Source: Vicinamibacterales bacterium
Lineage (GTDB): Bacteria; Acidobacteriota; Vicinamibacteria; Vicinamibacterales; SCN-69-37
DNA length: 59,488 nucleotides
Direction of reading: 5' to 3'
NCBI GenBank assembly: GCA_036274055.1
Contig: DASUGM010000304.1
Coordinates: forward strand, 1-59,488
Under the pieces are notes generated by a model. The model made no database searches. It was not told the origin of the DNA and saw nothing but the letters and a program-made list of their open reading frames with translations. A program made the translations under genes and the position numbers. Each line of letters opens with the position of its first letter. The first letter of the stretch is position 1. Positions 1-8,416 of this stretch are shown piece after piece.

Positions 1-295
1 CGGCCTCGTTCTCGCCGAAGCAGTAGCAGACCATCCGGGCACCCGGCGGGGATTTCTGCCACACCGGAACACGGAGATCGGTGATGCCGAAGGTGGGACA
101 GGTGCCGGAGAAATAGACCACGCCACACCAGGGCGCCGCGCAGAATTGAAAGGTCGCGTGCGCCAGTCTCGCCAGCGCGTCCGGCACCAGCAACGCCCTC
201 ACCGTCGTCTCATCGACGTTAATGCCGAGGCCTCCGCACGACGGGCACGCCGGCCGCGCCGGCGCTTCCGGCGGCGGACAACAGACCTCCCTCAT
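1..295 (-). CDS. Cys-rich metal-binding protein, N-terminal part only (the gene runs off the window start). Resembles CopZ-N-terminal / Bfd-like [2Fe-2S]/Zn-binding proteins.
   Basis: Not in the ORF track because it has no stop inside the window. My reverse-complement translation from the ATG at 295..293 gives MREVCCPPPEAPARPACPSCGGLGINVDETTVRALLVPDALARLAHATFQFCAAPWCGVVYFSGTCPTFGITDLRVPVWQKSPPGARMVCYCFGENEA with no stop. It contains CxxC, FxFCxxxxCxVVYF and CYCF motifs. Confidence 0.45.
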   Translation of the reverse strand, partial: MREVCCPPPEAPARPACPSCGGLGINVDETTVRALLVPDALARLAHATFQFCAAPWCGVVYFSGTCPTFGITDLRVPVWQKSPPGARMVCYCFGENEA

Positions 296-311
296 GGGCG
301 AAGTATGGAGG

Positions 312-327
312 CTGAAGTGCACTTCAG
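312..327. promoter_or_regulatory. 16-bp perfect palindrome, candidate operator
   Basis: CTGAAGTGCACTTCAG in the divergent intergenic region between the partial minus-strand gene (start 295) and the zinc-ribbon gene (427). Confidence 0.4.
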
Positions 328-426
328 AGTCAAGCGAGCACCACCGGCTGAGGGGCGATATCTACAAGCCGCTACGAGCTGACGATTTGTGGCCGGAGTG
401 AAGTAGGATGGCGCCCGGCACCTCCC

Positions 427-615
427 ATGCCTGACCGTCCATGTCCTGATTGCGGCGCGCTGTCGCCGCGGCGGCTCGAGAGCATGTCCGCCGACGCCCA
501 GGTCTGGTACATACGCTGCGAGCGATGCGGCTGTGTCTGGAACGTCCCGAAGACCAATCCCGACGGACCTCAACGGCCCGTGACCGAGCCGCGACCGCGA
601 GTCGGCGATACGTGA
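427..615 (+). CDS. small zinc-ribbon protein (hypothetical)
   Basis: 62-aa ORF with CPDCG ... CERCG cysteine pairs about 25 residues apart. No clear Shine-Dalgarno. Confidence 0.45.
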   Translation: MPDRPCPDCGALSPRRLESMSADAQVWYIRCERCGCVWNVPKTNPDGPQRPVTEPRPRVGDT

Positions 616-647
616 AGTGAGTTACTTCGGCGCGTCTCGATAGGACT

Positions 648-899
648 ATGCTTGGCAGAATGACGACGCTCCGCCCCTACGATCCGAACCGCCGCGTCGA
701 GATCCTCGGCGATCTCTGGAAAGCCAGCAAGAAGGACCATACGCTCCGGGTCGAAGTGCGGACGCATCCGAAGGGATGGGAAGTGCGCGCACTCGTCGGC
801 TTGGAGATGCATCGCTCGGAGGTGTGCAAGACCGAGAAATCAGTGCACGACACCTCCGACGCCTGGAAGACTGAGGCGACCTCAAAGGGCTGGAGCTGA
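648..899 (+). CDS. hypothetical protein
   Basis: 83-aa ORF with protein-like mixed composition, not the Arg/Ala-rich type of the shadow ORFs. I recognise no family. Confidence 0.45.
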   Translation: MLGRMTTLRPYDPNRRVEILGDLWKASKKDHTLRVEVRTHPKGWEVRALVGLEMHRSEVCKTEKSVHDTSDAWKTEATSKGWS

Positions 900-935
900 A
901 CACGCAACGGGGCCCAGACGACGACTGGCGCGAAA

Positions 936-1316
936 GTGGGATTGGCGCCGGCCAAGAATTTCACTAATGTAACGCGATCCCTTGGCCGACATAGCCTCCC
1001 AGTGAACCAAGACGCGTTCGAGCGCCGTCGCTACACTCGATCCCCGTGCGAAGTCGACGTCCGCTGCGACGTCGGCGGTCACTATCGCCATGCGCGCATG
1101 GTCAACATCAGTCAGGGCGGGTGCTACATCGAGGCGGTCCTGCCCGGCGACATCGAAGGGAAGCCGGTCGTCGTCCTCGCCGAGGGCGCGCCGTTGCGCG
1201 GCTATGTCGCGCACGTCGAGCCGCAGCAGGGCTTCGGCGTCCAGTTCAGCTTCGATCCGGCGGAGCAGCACGCGCTGCGCGCCGCGGTCCAGAAGTTCCT
1301 CCACCGAGTCGAGTAG
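936..1316 (+). CDS. PilZ domain protein (putative c-di-GMP receptor)
   Basis: RRRYTR ... NISQGG motifs match the PilZ RxxxR and D/NxSxxG signatures. The start codon is uncertain. Confidence 0.6.
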   Translation: MGLAPAKNFTNVTRSLGRHSLPVNQDAFERRRYTRSPCEVDVRCDVGGHYRHARMVNISQGGCYIEAVLPGDIEGKPVVVLAEGAPLRGYVAHVEPQQGFGVQFSFDPAEQHALRAAVQKFLHRVE

Positions 1317-1379
1317 CGCGGCGGCGCGGCACGCGCCGGCGGACGCGGTCCGGCGGCACCCTGATAAACTATTGGGTCC

Positions 1380-2102
1380 ATGAAAGCCACTGAACGACAT
1401 CATCTGAAGCAGAACGAGTTCGCCGCCACGACCGCCCGCGTGGTCGAAGCGGCAATGGAGCATCGCTCACGGATCCTGCCGATCGCCGGCATCATCGCGC
1501 TGGTCCTGATCGTGGGCGGCGGCTTCTACTACGTGCAAAAGCGCGGCGCTGATCAGGCCAGCGCGGCGCTCGGCGCGGCGATGGCGATTGCGCAGTCACC
1601 GGTCGTGCCGCCGCCGACCTTGCCCGGCGCGACCCAGCAGGCCGGAACGTTCCCGACCGATCAGGCGCGCCTCGAAGCGGCGTTGAAGGCGTTCGAGGAA
1701 GTCGCGGCGAAATATCCCTCGGACGACTCGGGCCTCGCGGCGAAGTATCAAATGGGCGCGACGCTGCTGTCGCTGGGACGGCCGGCCGACGCCGAGACCG
1801 CATTTGCCGACGTGGTCCAGCGTGCCGGCTCGTCGTCGATCTACAAATCGGTGGCGGAACTCGGCAGAGGACAGGCGCTGGCGAGCGCCGGGAAGTATGA
1901 CGAGGCGATCAAGACCTTCACGGACCTGTCGGCGCAGCGCGACGGGGCCCTGCCGGTCGATGGGGTGCTGATGCAGCTCGCGCGCACCTACGTCAAAGCG
2001 GGCAAGCCGCAGGACGCTCGCGCTGCGTTCAAGCGCGTCGTCGACGAGTTCCCGGGATCACCGTACATCGCCGAGGCGCGTCAGCAGCTCGCAGGCATGT
2101 AA
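1380..2102 (+). CDS. membrane-anchored TPR protein (YfgM-like architecture)
   Basis: N-terminal HLKQNEF segment, one TM helix (ILPIAGIIALVLIVGGGFYYV), then TPR-like repeats. Confidence 0.75.
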   Translation: MKATERHHLKQNEFAATTARVVEAAMEHRSRILPIAGIIALVLIVGGGFYYVQKRGADQASAALGAAMAIAQSPVVPPPTLPGATQQAGTFPTDQARLEAALKAFEEVAAKYPSDDSGLAAKYQMGATLLSLGRPADAETAFADVVQRAGSSSIYKSVAELGRGQALASAGKYDEAIKTFTDLSAQRDGALPVDGVLMQLARTYVKAGKPQDARAAFKRVVDEFPGSPYIAEARQQLAGM

Positions 2103-2107
2103 GAGCC

Positions 2108-2227
2108 GTGCCGGGTGCCTGGTGCCGCGTGCCTTGTGCCCGTGCCTTGTGCTCCGTGCCTTGTGCTCCGTGCCTTGTGCGTTAGGCAATCGCACAAAGC
2201 ACCGGGCACGAGGCACTAGGCACGAAG
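2108..2227. repeat. heptamer tandem array (GTGCCNN x ~11) that folds back onto GGCACNN x 5; imperfect ~37-bp hairpin
   Basis: 2145-2181 pairs with 2191-2227 around a 9-nt loop TTAGGCAAT (about 28 Watson-Crick pairs, 4 T:G, 5 mismatches). The right arm overlaps the last 4 codons of speB. Confidence 0.8.
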
Positions 2228-3109
2228 TCCGAGCTTGTACGTCAAGAGCTTGTAGACCAGCCGGGCGGCGATGAAGTTGGGCGACGCCATCCCCGGAATC
2301 GGGCACAACTCGACGACGTCGGCGGCGACGACGCGCTTGCGCTCGAATGTGCGGCGGAGCAGCGCCGTCAGCTCGCGCCAGGACAGGCCGCCTGGCTCTG
2401 GCGTGCCGACCGCGGGCATCGTCGCCGGATCCAGCCCGTCGAGGTCGATGGTCACGTAGACGGTGTCCGACAGCGCGTCGACGGCGCGATCGATCCACTT
2501 CGGGTCGTCGCGCATGTTCCAGTCGTAAAAGATCTTCGTCCGCAGCGTCGAGACGACCTGCGCCTCCTCGCCGGAAATGTTCCGGATCCCGACCTGGACC
2601 AGCGGCGCGAAATCGAGCGTCCGTCGCATCGCGCACGCATGACTGTTCTTCTGTGACTGATACGAGTCGCGCAAATCGGCATGGGCGTCGATCTGGAGCA
2701 CCGACAGGCCGCTGAATTTTCTGGCCGCGGCCTGCACGATTGGGGACGAAATCGAGTGCTCGCCGCCAATCGTGACGAGAAACTTGTCGCTCTCGAGAAG
2801 CGCTCCGGCGACGCGATTGATCTCCGTCATCGCGCTGTCGAGCGTCTGCGACCCGAGGTCGAGTTCCGGCAGCGTGAACATCCCGTGCTCGCTGACGTCG
2901 ACGCCGAGCTCCTCGTCCCACAACTCGACTTGCGCCGAAGCCAGGAGCAGCTCGCGCGGGCCGTTGCGCGTGCCGGGAATGTAGGACGTCGTGCGATCGA
3001 ACGGGATCGGCAGGATCAGCGCCGCGGCGTCGGCGAACGACGGTGGATCGGGCAGGGCACCGCCGAACTGCTGCGGCGACAGCGACTCGTAGTCGGCCTC
3101 GGACATCAA
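2216..3109 (-). CDS. speB: agmatinase / ureohydrolase family
   Basis: GGEHSIS, QIDAHADLRD and VTIDLDGLDP motifs of the arginase/agmatinase Mn-binding fold. 4-nt ATGA overlap with the upstream DHS-like gene. Confidence 0.85.
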   Translation of the reverse strand: MMSEADYESLSPQQFGGALPDPPSFADAAALILPIPFDRTTSYIPGTRNGPRELLLASAQVELWDEELGVDVSEHGMFTLPELDLGSQTLDSAMTEINRVAGALLESDKFLVTIGGEHSISSPIVQAAARKFSGLSVLQIDAHADLRDSYQSQKNSHACAMRRTLDFAPLVQVGIRNISGEEAQVVSTLRTKIFYDWNMRDDPKWIDRAVDALSDTVYVTIDLDGLDPATMPAVGTPEPGGLSWRELTALLRRTFERKRVVAADVVELCPIPGMASPNFIAARLVYKLLTYKLGLRA

Positions 3110-4191
3110 CTCTCCTGAAAGCGATTGTCGGCCAGGGTGTGGCCGTTCATCACCAGCAGCCGGCCCGACGGATCGAACTCGGGCTTCTTGCGCCTGGCGG
3201 CGGCCTCGCGGCCGGTGGTTTCGAGCGCGGTGACGATCAACGGCAGGGCCAGCGTCACGTCGCCGTGCACGGTGACTTTTTCGGACTCAATCGAGAGCTT
3301 GCCCCAGCTCTGCGCCTCTTCGAGGCTCGAGCCGCTGGCGCCGCCGAAGTGCGGCACGTCGGTGACGATCTGAATGGCGAACTTGTGCCCGCCGACGCGG
3401 TCGTCGAAGTACTCAGCCTGGACGCTCGCCTGGTTGATGAAGTTCTTGGGCGTGCCGCCGCCGAGCACGATGGTCGCCGTCGCCGGCTTGCGAATGACGA
3501 TGTTCGCCGACTCGATGATGTCGCCGATGACGTCGGAGAACCCGGCGGTCTGGTCGCGATGCCGGGCCTGCGACAGGCCCATGCCGATCGACGAGTCGGC
3601 GATGGCCGGGCAAAAGATCGGCACTTTGGCGCGGTAGGCGGCGGTCAGAATCCCGTTGTTGCCGGTGTCGTTCCAGAGTTGCTCGCCGAGCTTATAGAGA
3701 AACTCGCGGGTCGTGTGCGGCCGGCGCTCGAGTTTGAGCGCGAACGCCGCGATCCACTCGTCGTTCTTCGAGAACTCGTCTTCGCTCGCGAGCGTGTCGT
3801 AGACGCGGTCGATCCGCTCCGCGGCCAGGGCGGCGTCGTCGAGCGTCGGCGAGCCGATGAAATGCCGCCGGCCGCGGGTCTCATGCAGATCGTGATACAG
3901 GTTCGCGCCGGTCGAGACCAGGACGTCGATGTAACGATGCTCGATCAGGTGCGCGAGGATCAGCCGCATGCCGCCGGCCGAGAGGGCGCCGGCGGTGCCG
4001 AGGAAAATCGTGCAGTCGCTGCCGAGCATCTTTTCCCAGATCCGGCGGGCGGTGCCGAGGTTGCGTCCCTGAAACGAAATCCGTTCCATGCGCGCGAGCA
4101 CGTCGTCGGTCGTCGCCCCGGCGGTGATCGCGAACGGCTCGACCGGCTTGCGAAGGAAGCGGGAGGACTTGCGTCGGCCCATGCCCGACAT
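3106..4191 (-). CDS. deoxyhypusine synthase-like protein (probable homospermidine-type aminobutyl transferase)
   Basis: 361 aa. DHS-family features include IVLGGGTPKNF and GTAGALSAGGMR. Confidence 0.85.
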   Translation of the reverse strand: MSGMGRRKSSRFLRKPVEPFAITAGATTDDVLARMERISFQGRNLGTARRIWEKMLGSDCTIFLGTAGALSAGGMRLILAHLIEHRYIDVLVSTGANLYHDLHETRGRRHFIGSPTLDDAALAAERIDRVYDTLASEDEFSKNDEWIAAFALKLERRPHTTREFLYKLGEQLWNDTGNNGILTAAYRAKVPIFCPAIADSSIGMGLSQARHRDQTAGFSDVIGDIIESANIVIRKPATATIVLGGGTPKNFINQASVQAEYFDDRVGGHKFAIQIVTDVPHFGGASGSSLEEAQSWGKLSIESEKVTVHGDVTLALPLIVTALETTGREAAARRKKPEFDPSGRLLVMNGHTLADNRFQES

Positions 4192-4192
4192 T

Positions 4193-5704
4193 CTACTTTG
4201 CGCGCGCGACGTTTTTCAGGAAGGCGAAGTCGGCGATCGGTGAGAGCGTGATGTTTTGCAGGCCGGGCTGGCCGACGGCGACGTTGGTCTTGGTCCACAG
4301 ACCGATGACCGGAGCATCCTGCGAGATCAGTCGCTGCGCCGCCATGTAGTAGCGGCGGCGTTCGCCCTCGTCGAGGGCCGCGGTCGCCGCATCGATGATC
4401 CGATCGACTTCGGGATTGGCGTAGTAGCCGCGATTGAAGCCGTTGGGCGGGGTCTGTGAGGAGTGAAACATGCGCCGCAGCATGTCGGGATCGGTGACGC
4501 CGACGAACTGCAGCGTGTAGAGCTGGACATTGCCGCGAACCACGTCCGCCATCAACGTCGCGAACTCCGAGGACCGGACCTCGATCGCAATCCCGACCGC
4601 CGACAGTTGCTGCTGGATGACGGCGGCTTGCACGCGATAGCGCTCGTCGGTCGACGTCTTGAGCGTCAGCGAGAGCCGCCGCCGCGGACCGTCGCCGTCG
4701 GGGTCGCGAACGCCGGCCTCGTCGAGCAGCGCGCGGGCCCGGGCGAGATTGTGCTCGAACTGCAGCGTGTCCGGCTCGTACGCCCAGGACATCGGCGGCA
4801 CCACCAGCGTCGCCGGCTGCGCCAGGCCGCGGCGCAGGTAGCTGACAATCGCCCGGCGATCGATGGCGAAGCCGATGGCCTGGCGGACCCGGACGTCCTG
4901 GAGCTGCGGGTCGCGCATGTTGAACCCCAGGTAGGCGTAGTCCGTGCCTGGCCCGGTCACGACTCGCAGCCGCGCTTCCTTCGCCAACGTGTGGATCATG
5001 TCGGGCGAAAGATCGTTGACGACGAGATCGATGTCACCCTTCCGCAGCTCGAGCCCGCGCATCGTTTCGTCGGGCACGACCTTGAAGACCAGGCCGCTGT
5101 TGGCCGGCGCGCCCTGGTAGTAGTCGGCGAACGGGGCCAGCGACACGTGATCGTCAGGCACGAAGTCCGTGAGTCGATACGGACCGCTGCCGATCGGCTG
5201 GCGCGCGAGCGAGGGCTTCGCGCCGTCGGGGACGATGCCCATGACCAGGTTGATCGGGAACGCCGCCGACGGCGCTTTCAGCTTGAAGGCGATCGTGTAG
5301 CGGTCGACCGCGTCGATCGACTGCAGCTCGCGGTAGGCCCCTTTTCTCGCGGACGCGAACGCCGGATCCAGAAACCGCCGGAACGTGAACACGACATCGG
5401 CCGAGGTCATTTCATGGCCGTCGTGGAATTTCACGCCGCGCGGAATTTCGGCGGTGAACGTCTGCCAGTCGCTGGTGTCGAATCGAGTCGCGAGATCCGG
5501 GACGACGCGGAGCGTGCTGTCCACTTTCAGCAGCGACGAGTAGAGCAGCTGCTGCAGTTTCTGCGACGACTCGTCGACGCCAACCCCGGGATCGAGATTC
5601 GCCGGCGCGGTCGCGAGCGCAATCGCGATGTAATCGCGCGGCGCCGCGCCCCGACCGCAGGCCGTGGCCGCGATCAGCAGCGCGGCCGCGGTGAGCCGTC
5701 TCAC
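4193..5704 (-). CDS. ABC transporter substrate-binding lipoprotein, family 5 (peptide/nickel type)
   Basis: I trimmed the start to the GTG at 5704, which gives VRRLTAAALLIAATACG (lipobox-like signal). This start overlaps the mutS stop as GTGA. The body resembles an SBP_bac_5 protein. No permease or ATPase genes are adjacent. Confidence 0.8.
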   Translation of the reverse strand: MRRLTAAALLIAATACGRGAAPRDYIAIALATAPANLDPGVGVDESSQKLQQLLYSSLLKVDSTLRVVPDLATRFDTSDWQTFTAEIPRGVKFHDGHEMTSADVVFTFRRFLDPAFASARKGAYRELQSIDAVDRYTIAFKLKAPSAAFPINLVMGIVPDGAKPSLARQPIGSGPYRLTDFVPDDHVSLAPFADYYQGAPANSGLVFKVVPDETMRGLELRKGDIDLVVNDLSPDMIHTLAKEARLRVVTGPGTDYAYLGFNMRDPQLQDVRVRQAIGFAIDRRAIVSYLRRGLAQPATLVVPPMSWAYEPDTLQFEHNLARARALLDEAGVRDPDGDGPRRRLSLTLKTSTDERYRVQAAVIQQQLSAVGIAIEVRSSEFATLMADVVRGNVQLYTLQFVGVTDPDMLRRMFHSSQTPPNGFNRGYYANPEVDRIIDAATAALDEGERRRYYMAAQRLISQDAPVIGLWTKTNVAVGQPGLQNITLSPIADFAFLKNVARAK

Positions 5705-8409
5705 GCCTCGGTCTCCCGCTTGAGCGCGGCGAGCAGGTTCAGCGCTTCGATCGGCGTCAGGCGATCGAGATCCAGCCCGCGCAGGCGATCGACGACGGGA
5801 TGGTCGGCCGCGGCGGTCTGGAACAGCGCGAGCTGGCGCTGGTTCGCCGCCGGCGCGCCGCTCAGACTCGGCCGGCCGCCGCGCGTGAGCTCGTCCTGCT
5901 CGAGAGATTTCAGAATCTCGGACGCGCGCCGCACCACCGCCGGCGGCAGCCCGGCCAGGCGCGCCACCTGAATGCCGTAGCTGCGATCCGAGCGGCCGTC
6001 GACGATCTTGTGCAGAAAAACAATCTCGTCTTTGAACTCGCGGGCGGTCACATGGCTGTTGACGACGCCGGCCAACGCGTCCGCCAAGTCGGTCAGCTCG
6101 TGGTAGTGGGTCGCGAAGATCGTCTTCGGCCGCGCGGTCGGATTCGAGGCGAGATGCTCGGCCACCGCCCACGCCAGGCTCAGGCCGTCGAACGTCGCCG
6201 TGCCGCGACCGATCTCGTCGAGGATGACCAGGCTGCGATTCGTGGCGGTGTGCAGGATGGTGGCCGTCTCCTGCATCTCGACCATGAACGTCGATTGGCC
6301 CTTGGCGATGTTGTCGGACGCCCCGACGCGCGCGTAGATGCGATCGACGATCGCGACCTTGGCGGTCTTGGCCGGCACGAACGAGCCGGCCTGCGCCATC
6401 AGCGCGAGCAGCGCGACCTGGCGGAGGTAGGTCGACTTGCCGCCCATGTTCGGCCCGGTCAGGATCACGACCTGACGGGTCGAGCTGTCGAGGTGCACGT
6501 CGTTCGGGACGAACGCCGCGCTGACGTGCCGCTCAACGACCGGATGGCGCGCGTCAACCGCGACGAACTCGTCGCCGTCGTGGACGAGCGGCTTGGTGTA
6601 GTTGCAGACCGCGGCCGCATCGGCCAGCGCGGCGATGACGTCGAGGGTCGCCACGCCGCGGGCGGTGTCGAGCAGGGGCCCGGCTGCCGCCGCCACCCGC
6701 ACCCGCAGCGCCTCGAACAGCTCGAGTTCGCGGACCGTGATGCGCTCCTCGGCGCCGAGCACCTTGTCCTCGTATTCCTTGAGCGCCGGCGTGATGTAAC
6801 GCTCGCCGCCGGCGATCGTCTGCTTGCGGATGTAGTCGGCCGGGACCGCGCCGAGATTCGATTTCGAAATCTCGATGTAGTACCCGAACACACGGTTGTA
6901 GCGGACTTTGAGCGACGCGATCCCGGTGCGGCCTTTCTCGCTCTCTTCCATCGCGACAATCGCCGACTTGCCGCCGCGGCTGATCGCCCGCAGACCGTCC
7001 AGTTCGGGATCGACGCCGTCGCGAATCAGGCCGCCGTCGCGGGTGACCACCGGCGGCTCGTCCACCAGCGTGCCCTCGATGGCCGTCCGGATCTCGGCCA
7101 GGTCATCGATCTCGGCGACGACGCTGCGCAGCAGCGGCGCTTGCAGATCGGCCGCCAGCGCGCGGAGACGCGGGACCACCGCCAGCGTCTGACCGATGGC
7201 GACGAGATCGCGCGGGTTGGCCGTGCCGAGCGAGACCCGCGCGACCAGACGCTCGAGGTCGTGCACGTGCTTGAGCGCGTCGCGGACGCGACCGCGCTCG
7301 GTGGCGCGAAACGCGCAGTCCTCGACCGCGTCGAGGCGATCCTGAATCCGCGCCAGCGCCACCAGCGGCCGCACCAGCCATTGGCGCAGCAGCCGGCCGC
7401 CCATCGACGTAATCGTCCGGTCGAGTTCGGCCAGCAGCGAGCCCTCGCGTCCGCCGTCGACGCCTTCGACGACGTTCAGATGACGCAGCGTCACCGGGTC
7501 GATCAGCAACGCATCGGCGGTGACCCGCAGCGCGACATCGCGAATGTGCGTCAGCTCCGAGCGCTGCGTGTCGCGCAAGTGGGTGACCAGCGCGCCGGCG
7601 GCGGCGACCGCGGCCGCGAACGGCTCGAGTCCATGCCCGGCCAGCGATGCCGTCCGCAGCTGTTCGCACAGCGTCGCCCGCGCTCGTGCCGGCTCGAACA
7701 ACCAGCCGTCAACCACCGTGATCCGCGGCGGATTGAAGGCCGGCAACATCCCGTCGGCCGAGACGCCGTCGCCCAACAGCAGTTCCTTCGGCCGGATCAC
7801 CGCCAGTTCGGCACCGACCGCCTCGCGCGCGCCCGGGCCGCGGAACTCCGCCGCCGCGAACTGGCCGGTGGACACATCGAGAAACGCCAGTCCCCAGGCA
7901 TCACCGTGCGGCGCGAGCGCGGCCAGAAACGCCGGCTCGCGCGCCTCGAGATAACCGGCGTCAGTGAAGGTGCCGGGCGAAACGACCCGCGTCACTTCGC
8001 GCTTGACGATGCCCTTGGCTTTCTTCGGGTCCTCGACCTGTTCGCAGATCGCGGCGCGATAGCCCTTGCGCACCAGCCGCGGCAAGTAGGTGTCGAGCGC
8101 GTGAAACGGGATGCCGCACATCGGGATGGCGGCGCCGCCCGCGTCCTTGGCGCGCGACGTCAGCGTCAATTCGAGCACCCGCGAGGCCGCCAGCGCGTCC
8201 TCGTAGAACATCTCGTAGAAGTCGCCCATCCGGAACAGCACGATGGCGTCGCGATGCTGCCGTTTGACGTCGAGGTACTGCCGCATCGCCGGCGTCGGCG
8301 CGGCGCCGGGCGAGTTGAACGTTGATGGGGAAGCCGGAGTGGTCACTGCGAAGAACGGACGCGCGCGTGCGCGCGCAATCGCGGAGCCGACAAGCTCGGA
8401 GTATAACAT
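5701..8409 (-). CDS. mutS: DNA mismatch repair protein MutS
   Basis: TPAMRQYLDVKRQHRDAIVLFRMGDFYEMFYEDA N-terminus, Walker A GPNMGGKST, and a full-length MutS body. I chose the ATG at 8409. A GTG at 8346 or an ATG at 8286 are alternatives. Confidence 0.95.
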   Translation of the reverse strand: MLYSELVGSAIARARARPFFAVTTPASPSTFNSPGAAPTPAMRQYLDVKRQHRDAIVLFRMGDFYEMFYEDALAASRVLELTLTSRAKDAGGAAIPMCGIPFHALDTYLPRLVRKGYRAAICEQVEDPKKAKGIVKREVTRVVSPGTFTDAGYLEAREPAFLAALAPHGDAWGLAFLDVSTGQFAAAEFRGPGAREAVGAELAVIRPKELLLGDGVSADGMLPAFNPPRITVVDGWLFEPARARATLCEQLRTASLAGHGLEPFAAAVAAAGALVTHLRDTQRSELTHIRDVALRVTADALLIDPVTLRHLNVVEGVDGGREGSLLAELDRTITSMGGRLLRQWLVRPLVALARIQDRLDAVEDCAFRATERGRVRDALKHVHDLERLVARVSLGTANPRDLVAIGQTLAVVPRLRALAADLQAPLLRSVVAEIDDLAEIRTAIEGTLVDEPPVVTRDGGLIRDGVDPELDGLRAISRGGKSAIVAMEESEKGRTGIASLKVRYNRVFGYYIEISKSNLGAVPADYIRKQTIAGGERYITPALKEYEDKVLGAEERITVRELELFEALRVRVAAAAGPLLDTARGVATLDVIAALADAAAVCNYTKPLVHDGDEFVAVDARHPVVERHVSAAFVPNDVHLDSSTRQVVILTGPNMGGKSTYLRQVALLALMAQAGSFVPAKTAKVAIVDRIYARVGASDNIAKGQSTFMVEMQETATILHTATNRSLVILDEIGRGTATFDGLSLAWAVAEHLASNPTARPKTIFATHYHELTDLADALAGVVNSHVTAREFKDEIVFLHKIVDGRSDRSYGIQVARLAGLPPAVVRRASEILKSLEQDELTRGGRPSLSGAPAANQRQLALFQTAAADHPVVDRLRGLDLDRLTPIEALNLLAALKRETEA

Positions 8410-8416
8410 TGCCCCG

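Noticed and set aside
146-382. 78-aa ORF on the + strand at the window start.
   Set aside because: It is extremely Arg-rich (RRARRPRRRFRRR). It overlaps the better-supported Cys-rich minus-strand gene whose ATG is at 295.
5800-8325. 841-aa ORF on the + strand opposite mutS. Similar long ORFs occur at 21209-23725 (-), 13792-14829 (+), 19859-21103 (-), 37753-39084 (+) and elsewhere.
   Set aside because: Their translations are Arg/Gly/Ala/Pro-rich and low-complexity, with no recognisable motifs. Each lies antisense or out of frame to a gene with clear family signatures. These are the shadow ORFs typical of a high-GC genome where stop codons are rare.
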